DNA of 64,000 bases from Candidatus Latescibacterota bacterium (GTDB lineage Bacteria > JAAXHH01), in NCBI GenBank assembly GCA_022822725.1, contig JAJEAN010000002.1, forward strand, positions 185,705 to 249,704, read 5' to 3'. The translations under genes were made by a program, and so were the position numbers. A model generated the notes under the pieces. It did not search any database. It worked only from the letters and a program-made list of their open reading frames with translations, and was not told where the DNA came from. The stretch's first letter is position 1; the number at the start of each line of letters is the position of its first letter. Shown in pieces: positions 46,659-56,522 of the stretch.

Positions 46659-47894
46659 ATGACCGTCTCTGAAACGCCATCCCGCATCCTCGTCATCCGG
46701 TTCAGCTCGATGGGCGACATCGTGCTGACGTCGCCGTTGACCCGGCAACTGGGCCGGATCTGCCCCGGTGCGGAGGTCGAGTTTCTTACCCGCACAGCAT
46801 ACGCGCCACTGGCCCGTGCGCTGCCCGGGGTCGTCGCCGTGCAGTCCTTCGAACCCGGCACCAGTCTCGTGAGACTCGTCTCCCGCCTGCGCGAAAGACA
46901 CTACGATCTGGCACTCGACCTGCATGGGAACCTGCGCAGCCGGCTCGTTGCCGTGGCGGGGATCGCGGGACGGGTGCTCCGGTACGACAAACGCCGGTTT
47001 GCCCGGATGGCCATCGTCAGAAGGCGCAGGCGATCCAGGTCCGTCCCCCATACGATCGACCGGTACCTGGAAGTTCTCGGCAGGCTTGACCCGGCCGCGA
47101 CGCCCGGATTGCAAGGCGCGCAGGACGCGGCACCTGGACTGGAAGGAGCACAGGCCGCGGACGCCGCACCTGGACAGGAAGTTCTCGGCAGGCTTGACCC
47201 GGCCGCGACGTCCGGACTGGAAGGCGCGCAGGACACGGCATCTGGACTGGGAAGGGCGTCGGACGCGGACGCCGCACCTGGACTGGAAGGCGCTGATAAC
47301 GCCGCGGAGTTGAGGCAACCGCATCTGAACGTCGAAGGCGCGGCGATAGCCATGGTGGAGGAACGACTGGCCGGGGCCGGCATCGGGCCTGATGTCCGGG
47401 TACTCGGCGTTGCACCGGGCGCCTCACATGGTCCGAAGCGCTGGCCGCCGGAGCGGTTCGCCCGTGTTGCGGACCACATGGCGGAGTCCCGTGATATGAA
47501 GATCCTGCTGCTGGGCAGCGAGGCGGACCGGCCGGTCACGGGCGATGTGGCGCGCGCCATGAAGCATCCCGCCGTGGACTGGACCGGGGCGACCGATCTG
47601 GCGATACTGCCCGCGGCCGTTCAGCGGTGCGCACTCGTGGTCAGCAACGATTCCGGTCCCATGCACATGGCAACGGCCGTGGGCACACCAGTAATCGGCG
47701 TCTTCGGCGCCACCCATCCCCACCTGGGGTTCGCGCCGGTCGGACCGGCGGACGCAGCCGTAACGCTAGACCTGCCGTGCAGCCCCTGCAGTCTGCACGG
47801 GAACCGGGCCTGCCGGTTCCGCACCCATGCATGCATGGAGGAACTCGATCCCCGGCGCGTTATTGCCGAGGCGGAGCGCCGGGTACCGATTTAA
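46659..47894 (+). CDS. Glycosyltransferase family 9 (WaaF-like) with an internal repeat insertion
   Basis: RFSSMGDIVL, KRWPPERF and SNDSGPMHMA motifs; 108-bp-period duplication at 47070-47292. Confidence 0.9.
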   Translation: MTVSETPSRILVIRFSSMGDIVLTSPLTRQLGRICPGAEVEFLTRTAYAPLARALPGVVAVQSFEPGTSLVRLVSRLRERHYDLALDLHGNLRSRLVAVAGIAGRVLRYDKRRFARMAIVRRRRRSRSVPHTIDRYLEVLGRLDPAATPGLQGAQDAAPGLEGAQAADAAPGQEVLGRLDPAATSGLEGAQDTASGLGRASDADAAPGLEGADNAAELRQPHLNVEGAAIAMVEERLAGAGIGPDVRVLGVAPGASHGPKRWPPERFARVADHMAESRDMKILLLGSEADRPVTGDVARAMKHPAVDWTGATDLAILPAAVQRCALVVSNDSGPMHMATAVGTPVIGVFGATHPHLGFAPVGPADAAVTLDLPCSPCSLHGNRACRFRTHACMEELDPRRVIAEAERRVPI

Positions 47895-47934
47895 TCGTAC
47901 GCATGAACGAAGGTTGAGGCGCTGAGGTGGGATT

Positions 47935-48462
47935 TTACTCGTCGGCGCCGTATTCGAGGAGCGAGAAGACCGGACGATCGCCCAGTCGCTTCCGGCCGTC
48001 CAGGAAGGACAGTTCGATCAGGAACCCCAGGCCGGCCACGACGCCACCCGCTTCCTCGACGAGTCTGCAGGCTGCCGCCGCGGTCCCCCCCGTGGCCAGC
48101 AGGTCGTCCACGATGAGAATGCGGTCCCCGGGTCTCACGGCGTCCAGGTGCATTTCCAGTGCGTCCGTGCCGTACTCCAGTTCGAATTCGATCCGCCGCG
48201 TCTGGGCCGGGAGCTTGCCGGGTTTGCGCATGGGAACGATGCCTTTGCCCATGTGGTAGGCCAGTACCGGGGCGAGGATGAACCCCCGGGCCTCGATGCC
48301 GGCGACGAGATCGATGGCGCGGTCCGTGTACTCGGTTACGAAACGGTCCACGGCCGTGCGGAAGGCGGCGGGGTCCTTGAAGAGCGTGGTCACGTCCTTG
48401 AAGTTGATACCGGGAATGGGAAAATTCGGCACGTTGCGGATCTTTTGTTTCAGTTCGTCCAA
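47935..48462 (-). CDS. apt: Adenine phosphoribosyltransferase
   Basis: FKDVTTL, EARGF, RKPGKLP and VDDLLATGGT motifs. Confidence 0.97.
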   Translation of the reverse strand: MDELKQKIRNVPNFPIPGINFKDVTTLFKDPAAFRTAVDRFVTEYTDRAIDLVAGIEARGFILAPVLAYHMGKGIVPMRKPGKLPAQTRRIEFELEYGTDALEMHLDAVRPGDRILIVDDLLATGGTAAAACRLVEEAGGVVAGLGFLIELSFLDGRKRLGDRPVFSLLEYGADE

Positions 48463-48521
48463 GTCACACCTCGATATTTATGAATACTACGGACTGTAGC
48501 AGCGCTGGGCCATGCTGGTCA

Positions 48522-51353
48522 CTATTCGAATTCACCCGTCCAGTTCTGCACGATGGTGAGTGACGGACGGGCTTCTTCCGTGTTGGCCGCGATAATGAAC
48601 GACTCCTCGCTCCCGTACGCCTCGAATCCGGGGAAACGCAGGTCATCGGCGCCCACCTGGACACCTTCGAAGAGCGCTTCGGGACGCCCGTAACTGAAAC
48701 CCGGTCCCTCCACCACGGGAACGGCCATCAGCCTGTTGCCCTCAACGTAATACAGGATATCGCCCGAAGGACTCCAGCGGGGGGTCCAGCCGCTGTTCGA
48801 CGAGACCTGCCATCGCCCCGTCCCGGTGGGAAACCGGGTCACGAAAACCTGCCAGCCGGTGCCCTGGTTCGATACGTAGGCCAGGTATTTGTTGTCCGGC
48901 GACAGGGCCGCCTGGACCACGCGTCCCTGGTCGGCAACGAGTACCTGGGGTTCGGCGTCCTCCTCCATTGAAACTGATCCAACCTGCCCCTGGTTGAGAT
49001 AGACGAGATACCGGCCGTCCCTGGAGAGCATGGGGCCCCAGCCTCTCAGCGAATCGGCGGAGAAAACCGACATTTCGTCCAGTAAGCCGAGATCCAGCCG
49101 CATGAACAGGGCATTACCGCGTGAACGTCCGGGATTTACGGCCGGGGAAGCCGTGAATACGATGGAACCGCCGTCCGGCGTAAAACTCGGCCTGCTGTAG
49201 TTCATGTCCGCGAAGGTCAGCCGGGTTGCGATTCCGCTATCGAGCTCGTACATCCACAGTGCGGTCTGTCCGCCTTCCTCGACTTCCACCAGGATCTGCT
49301 TTCCGTTGGGGGAAAGGACCAGTTCCGTGATCCTCTCCCTGGGCTCGCCGATGGTCCGGTCTACCCGTCCGCGACGATCTACCAGGGCCAGTTGCTGGGG
49401 TGACTGGTAAGTTTTCCGGTAGACCATGACCCCGTCGTCGGACACACTCAGCGTATGGACGTGCCGGGCAACCAGGAAGGCATCGCCCGCCAGTTCACCC
49501 GATCCCGGTGAAAAGGGTACGGCCCAGAGATCGTTCTCGGGATGGTTCGTGTTCTCCCGGTAGTACAGGAGATGGCCAGACGCATACCCCGCGACGAGGA
49601 GAAAGTCCCCCTCCAGGGACAGCATGCGGCGACCGTTCCGCGGGGATTCAACGGCAATGCGGGACCCGGTGATCCGGCCCATGGAGATCCGCATGCTCAG
49701 GTTTCCGTTTCCGCGGTACTTTTCGCTCAGGTCTGCGATCAACTCCGGATCGTCGGAGGACTGGACCACCGCGTACAGGCGCAGGTCGTATTCGGACAGG
49801 ATCAGGGGGGAAACCAACGCCCTTTCACCCATCTCCCTGTCCGGTTCCAGCACCAGGGACGGATCGCCCCCGTTTTCGGACACGGCGAATAGCCCGCCGC
49901 CGGATCTCGCGCCGCCCGTGCTAAAGAGTATCTGGCCGTCGCCTCCCCAGGAGATGCCCATCTGACCCTGTTCCGGCAGGTCGCAGAGACGCACCTGGCC
50001 GCCCCCGTCCGCCGAGACTTTCCAGAGCGACCGACCGGCAAGGTATCCGATCTGGCGACTGTCGGGTGACCAGAAGATCTCTTCGATATCCTCCGTTCCG
50101 GGGATCGCCCGGCCCTCGTCCTGGGCGAGATAACGCACCCAGAGGCGGTTTTCGTGGACATAGGCGAGCAGCGAACCGTCCGGTGAGATGGCGGCGTTGT
50201 CCCGGCCCAAATTGTCCAGACCCATCTGGAATTTCCGCAGCGGCGCGGCGGGTTCCGCGCCAAGCGCACCCATCAGCGCCGCGACGATCAGTGCTCCGGC
50301 GGCCAGGCAGGCGGCACAGGCGCCGAGTACGACCGGATTCCACAGGTGGGTTACGGCCGACCCCGACCGCGATGCACCGCCGGTCATATCGGCCGCCTCT
50401 CCCGTCTCGTACGCTTCACGGCTGTCGGACAGGTCGTGGCCCACGTCGAGCACGGACTGGTATCGGGACCTTGGATCCTTGCCCATGCAGCGGCGGACAA
50501 CCCGGTTCAGCAGGGGAGGGACTTCATTGTTCGCTGCGCTCACCGGCTCAGGGTCATCCTTCAGGGTACTGCTGATGACGGATACGTAGTTGTCGCCCGT
50601 GAAGGGCCGGACGCCCGTCAGCGCCTCGTACATCATCACGCCCAGGCTGAATATGTCGCTCCGGTGATCGCCCCGGTCGCCGGTGGCCTGCTCCGGCGAC
50701 ATGTACGCCGGCGTGCCAAGGACCGTGCCGGCCTGCGTGAGACTCATCGTGGGTCCGGCGCCATCGCTTTCGTCGGTATGCCCGGCGACCACCCGGGCCA
50801 GGCCAAAGTCCAGGACCTTAGGCACGCCGTTGTCAGAAATCATGACGTTCGCGGGCTTCAGGTCCCGGTGCACGACGCCCCGCTCGTGGGCGTGGTCCAG
50901 GGCGTCCGCAATGGGCAAGAACCAGCCGTAGAAGGATTCCAGCGGCAGGGGCGTGCCGGGCAGGTGCTCGTTGAGCGGCCGGCCGGACACGTATTCCATG
51001 GTGATGAAGTACATGGTGCCAGGAGCGTCCGGGCCGCCGGGGCCGTCCGGTCCGCCGGGGCCGCCGGGTCCGCCCGGTTCGCCGGGTCCGCCGGGTCCGC
51101 CGGGTCCGTCCGTCCGCGCTTCCTCGATGGCGTACACCTGGGCGATATTCGGGTGGTTCAACTTGGCGGCCGCTTCCGCCTCGATGCGGAATCGCTGGAG
51201 CAGCGCGGGGTCGCGGGCCAGGTCCTCCGGCAGCACCTTCAAGGCGACCTGTCGCTTCAGACGGGTGTCCTCGGCGAGGTAGACTTCGCCCATGCCTCCC
51301 CGTCCGAGGATGCGTTCGATGCGGTAGTGGAGGACGGCATCGCCCTGCTGCAT
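48522..51353 (-). CDS. Hanks-type Ser/Thr kinase with TM and TolB/PD40 beta-propeller
   Basis: GRGGMGEV, HRDLKPAN, DFGLA and GTPAYMSPEQ motifs; (W/I)SPD repeats; GPG insert at 51023-51108. Confidence 0.93.
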   Translation of the reverse strand: MQQGDAVLHYRIERILGRGGMGEVYLAEDTRLKRQVALKVLPEDLARDPALLQRFRIEAEAAAKLNHPNIAQVYAIEEARTDGPGGPGGPGEPGGPGGPGGPDGPGGPDAPGTMYFITMEYVSGRPLNEHLPGTPLPLESFYGWFLPIADALDHAHERGVVHRDLKPANVMISDNGVPKVLDFGLARVVAGHTDESDGAGPTMSLTQAGTVLGTPAYMSPEQATGDRGDHRSDIFSLGVMMYEALTGVRPFTGDNYVSVISSTLKDDPEPVSAANNEVPPLLNRVVRRCMGKDPRSRYQSVLDVGHDLSDSREAYETGEAADMTGGASRSGSAVTHLWNPVVLGACAACLAAGALIVAALMGALGAEPAAPLRKFQMGLDNLGRDNAAISPDGSLLAYVHENRLWVRYLAQDEGRAIPGTEDIEEIFWSPDSRQIGYLAGRSLWKVSADGGGQVRLCDLPEQGQMGISWGGDGQILFSTGGARSGGGLFAVSENGGDPSLVLEPDREMGERALVSPLILSEYDLRLYAVVQSSDDPELIADLSEKYRGNGNLSMRISMGRITGSRIAVESPRNGRRMLSLEGDFLLVAGYASGHLLYYRENTNHPENDLWAVPFSPGSGELAGDAFLVARHVHTLSVSDDGVMVYRKTYQSPQQLALVDRRGRVDRTIGEPRERITELVLSPNGKQILVEVEEGGQTALWMYELDSGIATRLTFADMNYSRPSFTPDGGSIVFTASPAVNPGRSRGNALFMRLDLGLLDEMSVFSADSLRGWGPMLSRDGRYLVYLNQGQVGSVSMEEDAEPQVLVADQGRVVQAALSPDNKYLAYVSNQGTGWQVFVTRFPTGTGRWQVSSNSGWTPRWSPSGDILYYVEGNRLMAVPVVEGPGFSYGRPEALFEGVQVGADDLRFPGFEAYGSEESFIIAANTEEARPSLTIVQNWTGEFE

Positions 51354-51393
51354 TCGCTTGCTCCATGTCAACTGTTGGTCCAGCCGTCGATTG

Positions 51394-52464
51394 CTAGTTC
51401 GGCTCGTCCAGGCGCACGGGCCGTCCTTCCGACGCGGACCGGTCTGCCGCGAACACGACGCGGTGGGATTCGAAGGCCGTGACCAAGTCCGTATGGGGCA
51501 TGGGGACGCCGTCCCGGATGCTGTCCGCGAAGGCCTGGAACTGGGGCTCGTAGGGGTGATCCTGGACATCACCCGAATCGATCAGCGAGGTCTCGAGGGT
51601 GCTCCACCTGCTTCGGTCCATCCCCCGGATTTTCTCGGAATAAAACCGGTTGTCCAGCAGGCTGCCTTCGCTGCCCACCAGGTGCGCGTGGAAGTAATAG
51701 GGTTGCAGGCAGTCGATGCAGGAGGTCACCTTGGCGATCCGGTTTCCGCCCTCGAACTTCAGGATGGATACACTGGTCGTGTCATACTCGTACGGTGCGA
51801 AGTGGGGGCTGGAAGACTTCGTGTTATAGCTTGAGACTTCCTCCACCTTGCCGTCCATGAAGAAAAGCAGCGCGTCCAGCGCGTGGCAGCCGGCGGTCAA
51901 CAGGCTGGTCCCGCCCATGGCCTTCTTCACGTTCCAGTCGTACTGTCCGTACCACGGGCCGATGCCGTGGTAGTAGTCGACCTCGGCGTAGTGCAGGTCG
52001 CCAAGCAGCCCCTGGTCGATGACGGACCGGATCATCGTGAAGTGGGCGCTGTAACGGCATTCGAAACAGACGCAGACCGATACGCCGGTCCGGTCCACGG
52101 CGGACTGGATGCGCACCGCGTCCCCGGGCGTAAGGGCGATGGGCTTCTCGATGATGAGGTGCTTGCCGGCTTCCGCGGCGGCCACGGCCTGGTCGGCGTG
52201 AAAGGGATGGGGCGTGCAGATGTCGACGACATGTATATCCGGATCGGAAAGCAGGTCGCCGTAATCGACACAGGATTTCAGCGGCGTGCCGAACCGGGCC
52301 GACAGGGCCGTGTCGTCATGGGTCCTGCGCGAACAGACGGCGGTGACGTCCGCCCCGTTCACGGCCTTGAAAGCGTCGATATGCGCCCCGGCCACCCAGC
52401 CCAGGCCGACGATCCCTACATTGAGTTGGTCCACGGTCTGTTGGTCCACGGTCTGTTGGCCCAT
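51394..52464 (-). CDS. Gfo/Idh/MocA oxidoreductase
   Basis: [10 protein letters not shown] and IEKPIA motifs; GGAGG RBS; N-terminal QQTVD repeat. Confidence 0.92.
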   Translation of the reverse strand: MGQQTVDQQTVDQLNVGIVGLGWVAGAHIDAFKAVNGADVTAVCSRRTHDDTALSARFGTPLKSCVDYGDLLSDPDIHVVDICTPHPFHADQAVAAAEAGKHLIIEKPIALTPGDAVRIQSAVDRTGVSVCVCFECRYSAHFTMIRSVIDQGLLGDLHYAEVDYYHGIGPWYGQYDWNVKKAMGGTSLLTAGCHALDALLFFMDGKVEEVSSYNTKSSSPHFAPYEYDTTSVSILKFEGGNRIAKVTSCIDCLQPYYFHAHLVGSEGSLLDNRFYSEKIRGMDRSRWSTLETSLIDSGDVQDHPYEPQFQAFADSIRDGVPMPHTDLVTAFESHRVVFAADRSASEGRPVRLDEPN

Positions 52465-52466
52465 GG

Positions 52467-53078
52467 TCAGCCTCCGAAGCGCTGCAAGTCGTTCAACATG
52501 GTTATCCACCGGCCGTGGTCGGATTCCAGCGTGTCGAGGGAAGTCCGCTCGAAAACAAAGGGATAGCCGGCGATCGCCGCCGCATGTCGGGCCGGATCGT
52601 CGGCGCAGCAGTCCTCGACGACCGCGGCAAGGAACCCGCGCTGCACCGCGGAAGCCGCGGTCAACAGCACACAGACGGAAGTTTCCAGTCCCGCAACCAG
52701 TATAAAGGATTTTCGCGCGCGATGTAAATGGGTTAATAGGTCCGGCTGCAGGAAGGCATCGAAGGTCTGCTTGCGCAGGACCGTTTCTCCGGACCGTTCC
52801 GCGGCGCAGGGCAGCACCCCGGCGCCGGAAGTACCCCGGACACAGGGCGTTTTACCCTTGACCCGGTAAGGTGACATCCAGTCCGTTCCGTCCGGATCGA
52901 ACTCCGCGCGCACATGCACGATATCGAGGCCGGTCGCGCGTCCATATTCCAGCAGCCTTGCGACATTCGACGGGAATGCCGGAAAGGCCTTCGCGGTTTC
53001 TTCCGGCCAGAAATCCCGTTGGACATCGATGAGTAACAGCACAAACCGGCGCCAGTCTGTCTGATCGGTCATGGACAT
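52467..53078 (-). CDS. Isochorismatase/cysteine hydrolase
   Basis: [15 protein letters not shown] and GLETSVCV motifs. Confidence 0.92.
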   Translation of the reverse strand: MSMTDQTDWRRFVLLLIDVQRDFWPEETAKAFPAFPSNVARLLEYGRATGLDIVHVRAEFDPDGTDWMSPYRVKGKTPCVRGTSGAGVLPCAAERSGETVLRKQTFDAFLQPDLLTHLHRARKSFILVAGLETSVCVLLTAASAVQRGFLAAVVEDCCADDPARHAAAIAGYPFVFERTSLDTLESDHGRWITMLNDLQRFGG

Positions 53079-53155
53079 GCTTTCGAATGAAGGTGATTTC
53101 CACTGAAGGTGAAACGTTTTCGTTCCACTTTGACACGTTGAAACGCGTTATCTTT

Positions 53156-53197
53156 CGCACTCATTCTTGTATCGAGCGCGCTCATTCTTGTATCGAG
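53156..53197. repeat. 21-bp duplication in the divergent intergenic region
   Basis: cgcRctcattcttgtatcgag x2. Confidence 0.92.
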
Positions 53198-53313
53198 GCC
53201 GGCTTCGGGCAAGGCGATTTGCTCAGTCTGTTCAGTAGTTGCCGACGGATTTTAGAACGGTCAAACAAACTTTTGTTCATTGCGGATGTTTCTGTCTGCA
53301 CGCCCACCTTCCC

Positions 53314-53341
53314 TTGACATTCCCATGGGCCGGTGTAGATT
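53314..53341 (+). promoter_or_regulatory. Sigma70-like promoter for the phyH-enolase operon
   Basis: TTGACA-16nt-TAGATT. Confidence 0.5.
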
Positions 53342-53407
53342 GAACCGTAATCCTGTTACACGGCGCGGGCATCGTCCCGCGTCGCATCGTTTTATGGTAA
53401 TCCTTAC

Positions 53408-54601
53408 ATGCATTTCGATCCACGGAAACTGTTCGAAGACGGTTTCATCGTGCTTCGTGGGGTGGTTCCCCCTGACTGGCTCGGTCCCCTGAGGGACAGC
53501 TTCGAGCGCATGGTGGACCGCCAGCGGGAGATCTGGGCCAGGGAAAGAAAACCGGACGATCCACCCGGAGGCCAGTGGGAAACCGGCCATCAACCCAGGC
53601 TGAATTTCGAGCGCCTCGTGGACGGGGACACGGCCAATACGATGGCCTTCTGCCTGCACGAGCACACCATGGGCGTCAGCCGGCGCCTCATGGACGCGGA
53701 AGCCGCGGGCAATACGGGGTTCATGTTCATGTGCAACCCGGTGACCGACCGCGGACCGGCGGCTTGGCACCGGGACATACACCCCATCGACCAGGCGCCG
53801 TTGCGGGGCCTCCAGGACGACCTGCTGCACAACGCGCCCGGTTATCTCCAGTGGAATATCCCTCTTTACGACGACAACGTGCTCTGGGTCGTTCCGAAGA
53901 GTCACCGCAGAGGGAATACCGCCGACGAAAACCGGTGTCTGGGAAAGAACCCCCGCGAACCATTGCCCGGCGGCGTCCAGGTCGAACTGAACGCCGGCGA
54001 CGGCGTGGTCTACACCAACACGATCCTGCACTGGGGAAGCGATTACAGCGCCAGGACCCGGCGCACCATCCACCTGGGATACCGTTCCTACGGCGGGCCG
54101 GTTTTCCCCTACGTCAACCGGACCTTCCGCGACCTCGGCTTCATCGAATGCCTGCCCGACGAACTGCAGGCGGTATTCAGGGACATCCGGCGCAGGTATG
54201 ACGAGGAGTCCGACCGGATCGAATCCGTTTTTCGCGCCGCCATCGACGGCGACGGGGACGCTTTCCTGGAAGGCGTCCCCGTGCTGCATCCCGGTGAAAA
54301 AGGGCGGATCGTATGTGCCGTGCTGCTGTCCAAGATCGCCTACAAAATGAGGTTCGCCACCCATCCGGTCCGAACGCACTATGGCAGCGACATCTCGCAC
54401 GACGAAGACCTGAAGCCACGGTTCACCGACGTCGAGCTGGACACGCTCTGGAGGCGCTTCGAACCGCTGGACGAGCAGATTCAGTCCGATGAAATCCAGT
54501 ACGTGCCGGGGTTCCAGTCGGATCCCATGCATTACTTTTTCGAGGAAATGCCTTCCGGCCTGAGCATGGAATCCTTCATAGCGGGATGGCGGAAAAACTG
54601 A
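53408..54601 (+). CDS. PhyH-family dioxygenase with C-terminal extension
   Basis: EDGFIVLRGV, WHRD, VVPKSH, ILHWG and RRTIH motifs. Confidence 0.85.
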   Translation: MHFDPRKLFEDGFIVLRGVVPPDWLGPLRDSFERMVDRQREIWARERKPDDPPGGQWETGHQPRLNFERLVDGDTANTMAFCLHEHTMGVSRRLMDAEAAGNTGFMFMCNPVTDRGPAAWHRDIHPIDQAPLRGLQDDLLHNAPGYLQWNIPLYDDNVLWVVPKSHRRGNTADENRCLGKNPREPLPGGVQVELNAGDGVVYTNTILHWGSDYSARTRRTIHLGYRSYGGPVFPYVNRTFRDLGFIECLPDELQAVFRDIRRRYDEESDRIESVFRAAIDGDGDAFLEGVPVLHPGEKGRIVCAVLLSKIAYKMRFATHPVRTHYGSDISHDEDLKPRFTDVELDTLWRRFEPLDEQIQSDEIQYVPGFQSDPMHYFFEEMPSGLSMESFIAGWRKN

Positions 54602-54635
54602 CGAGCCGCTTCCACGCCTTCCTGGAGAGACCACG

Positions 54636-55754
54636 ATGAAGATCACCGCAGTTTCCGTATGGACCGTCGTCGTACCTACCATACCCGGCCGGGTGCACAG
54701 TCCGGAATACGCGGAAAAGACCGGGTGGGACGAAGTGCCCAAGCACATCATCCGCGTCGATACCGACACCGAGTATTCCGGGATCGGGGAAACCGGCCGG
54801 GGCCGTCCCATCGAACAGGTCCGGGAAGGGGCAACGCTGCTCATCGGCCGCGATCCCGAGGACATCACCCCTCAGGACATCTTCGGACGCCGCGCCGGTC
54901 GGGCGTCGGACGACATCACGGTGGGAAACGGACCGGCCTACGACGCCTTCGAGATGGCCGTGCTCGACCTGGTGGGACGGATCCGGGGGCTGCCCGTCCA
55001 CACCCTGCTGGGCGGTGCGGTCCGTGACCGGGTACGGGCCGATTACTGGATGGGCCACCAGACGCCGGAGGACGGCGCCAGGGCCGTGGAAAGGGGGCTG
55101 CGCCTCGGGTTTACGGGCGTCAAGATCAAGTGCCGTCTCGAAGAACCCATGTACGAACGCCTGAAGGCCATGCGCGATGTCGCGGGACCCGAATTCAAGG
55201 TGACGGTCGATCCCAACGAACGGTTCTATACCGCCGCCCAGGCCATCGAGCTGGCCGGGCGCCTGGAACCCCTGGGCAACGTGGAGGTCTTCGAGGATCC
55301 CATACCCAAGTCGGACATCGCGGGCTACGAGGAAATCCACCGGGCCATCCCCTTCCCCCTGGCCATGCACCTGGGGAACGGGGAGGGTGTCGTGCGCGCC
55401 CTGCAGGCGGACGGGGGCCGGGGCGTGGTGGACTGCGTGAACCTGGGCGGCAGCATGTTCGGATTCCAGCGCAACGCCGCCACGGCGGCGGCCGCGGGGT
55501 TGCCTTGCTGGCATGGATCGGGCAATGACCTGGGCATCTCGGACACATCCTTCGTCCATGCCGCGGCTGCGGCGCCGAACTGCACCATGGCCTCCGATTT
55601 CGTCGGCGGCTGGACCCGGGAGGACGACCTGATCCTCGAACCCATACGCTTCGTCGACGGCCACGTGCCCACGCCGATGAAACCGGGACTCGGCTGCGAC
55701 CTGGACTACGACGCGCTGCAGCGTTACACGCAGGGTTACGAGGAGCTGAACTGA
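54636..55754 (+). CDS. Mandelate racemase/muconate lactonizing enzyme family
   Basis: GIGE, DLVGR...PVHTLLGG, KIK, DPN and EDP motifs. Confidence 0.92.
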   Translation: MKITAVSVWTVVVPTIPGRVHSPEYAEKTGWDEVPKHIIRVDTDTEYSGIGETGRGRPIEQVREGATLLIGRDPEDITPQDIFGRRAGRASDDITVGNGPAYDAFEMAVLDLVGRIRGLPVHTLLGGAVRDRVRADYWMGHQTPEDGARAVERGLRLGFTGVKIKCRLEEPMYERLKAMRDVAGPEFKVTVDPNERFYTAAQAIELAGRLEPLGNVEVFEDPIPKSDIAGYEEIHRAIPFPLAMHLGNGEGVVRALQADGGRGVVDCVNLGGSMFGFQRNAATAAAAGLPCWHGSGNDLGISDTSFVHAAAAAPNCTMASDFVGGWTREDDLILEPIRFVDGHVPTPMKPGLGCDLDYDALQRYTQGYEELN

Positions 55755-55785
55755 TGCGCCATACGGAACCGGGAAAGGAGCGTCC

Positions 55786-56397
55786 ATGCGGCTGATCGCC
55801 GTGGGCTGCGAATACGCCGGGGTCTCTACGCTGATCGACGGCCTCTACGCCTGGGGAAACGAACGGGGCGTCCACCACCATCTCGACGATCACTTCACCA
55901 TTCCGGACGCGTACCACCTGGGCGAAGAGGAGCAGCAGGGATTCATCGACATGCTGCCGGCCATCAAGGAGCGTTTCCAGCGGTTCCAGATCGTGTACCA
56001 CGTCCGGTTGATGCACAAGTTCGATCACATCCTCCTGGGCGGGTTTCACATCGAGGAGATGGTCTACGGACCCCGGTACTATTACCCGGGCATCAACATC
56101 GCGGTGCGCGAGTACGAGCCGGACATGCCGGACGACGCGATCCTCGTCCATCTCCACGCCCGTCCGGAGGTCATCCGGCGGCGCATGGAGACGGACCCCC
56201 ATCCCCGGCAGTTGGTCCCGGCGGAGGACGTCGAAGCCGTCCTGGAAAGGTTCGCCGAAGAGGTCGCACAGTCGTGGATCCACCGGAAGTTCGCCATAGA
56301 CACGTCCGATCTGACGCCCGGCGCACTGCTGGAGACCTTCCTGGAACGATCGGTTCCCTACCTCAACACCCGGGATGCGTTGACCAGGATACAATGA
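55786..56397 (+). CDS. NMP-kinase-fold protein with degenerate P-loop
   Basis: GCEYAGVST, LVHLHARPEVIRRR and IDTS; AAAGGAG RBS. Confidence 0.7.
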   Translation: MRLIAVGCEYAGVSTLIDGLYAWGNERGVHHHLDDHFTIPDAYHLGEEEQQGFIDMLPAIKERFQRFQIVYHVRLMHKFDHILLGGFHIEEMVYGPRYYYPGINIAVREYEPDMPDDAILVHLHARPEVIRRRMETDPHPRQLVPAEDVEAVLERFAEEVAQSWIHRKFAIDTSDLTPGALLETFLERSVPYLNTRDALTRIQ

Positions 56398-56409
56398 CCG
56401 GAAAGAAAT

Positions 56410-56479
56410 GAGCACGATGCGTTGACCTGGTTGCGTCGAGCACGATACCTTGAGCACGATGCCTTGAGCACGTTGCCTC
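56410..56479. repeat. 14-bp tandem array x5 after the stop, echoing the gene end
   Basis: gagcacgatgcctt-like units; gatgcgttgacc is shared with 56374-56385. Confidence 0.85.
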
Positions 56480-56522
56480 AGTCCCAGTCTGCCGGACGGG
56501 GAGTTCTGAACGGGGAGTACCC

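Noticed and set aside
51023-51108. Collagen domain in the kinase
   Set aside because: It is too short and sits inside a folded domain, so it is better explained as a 9-bp VNTR.
51354-51572. N-terminal extension of the Ser/Thr kinase
   Set aside because: It overlaps the Gfo gene in another frame. The kinase begins at MQQGDAVLHY.
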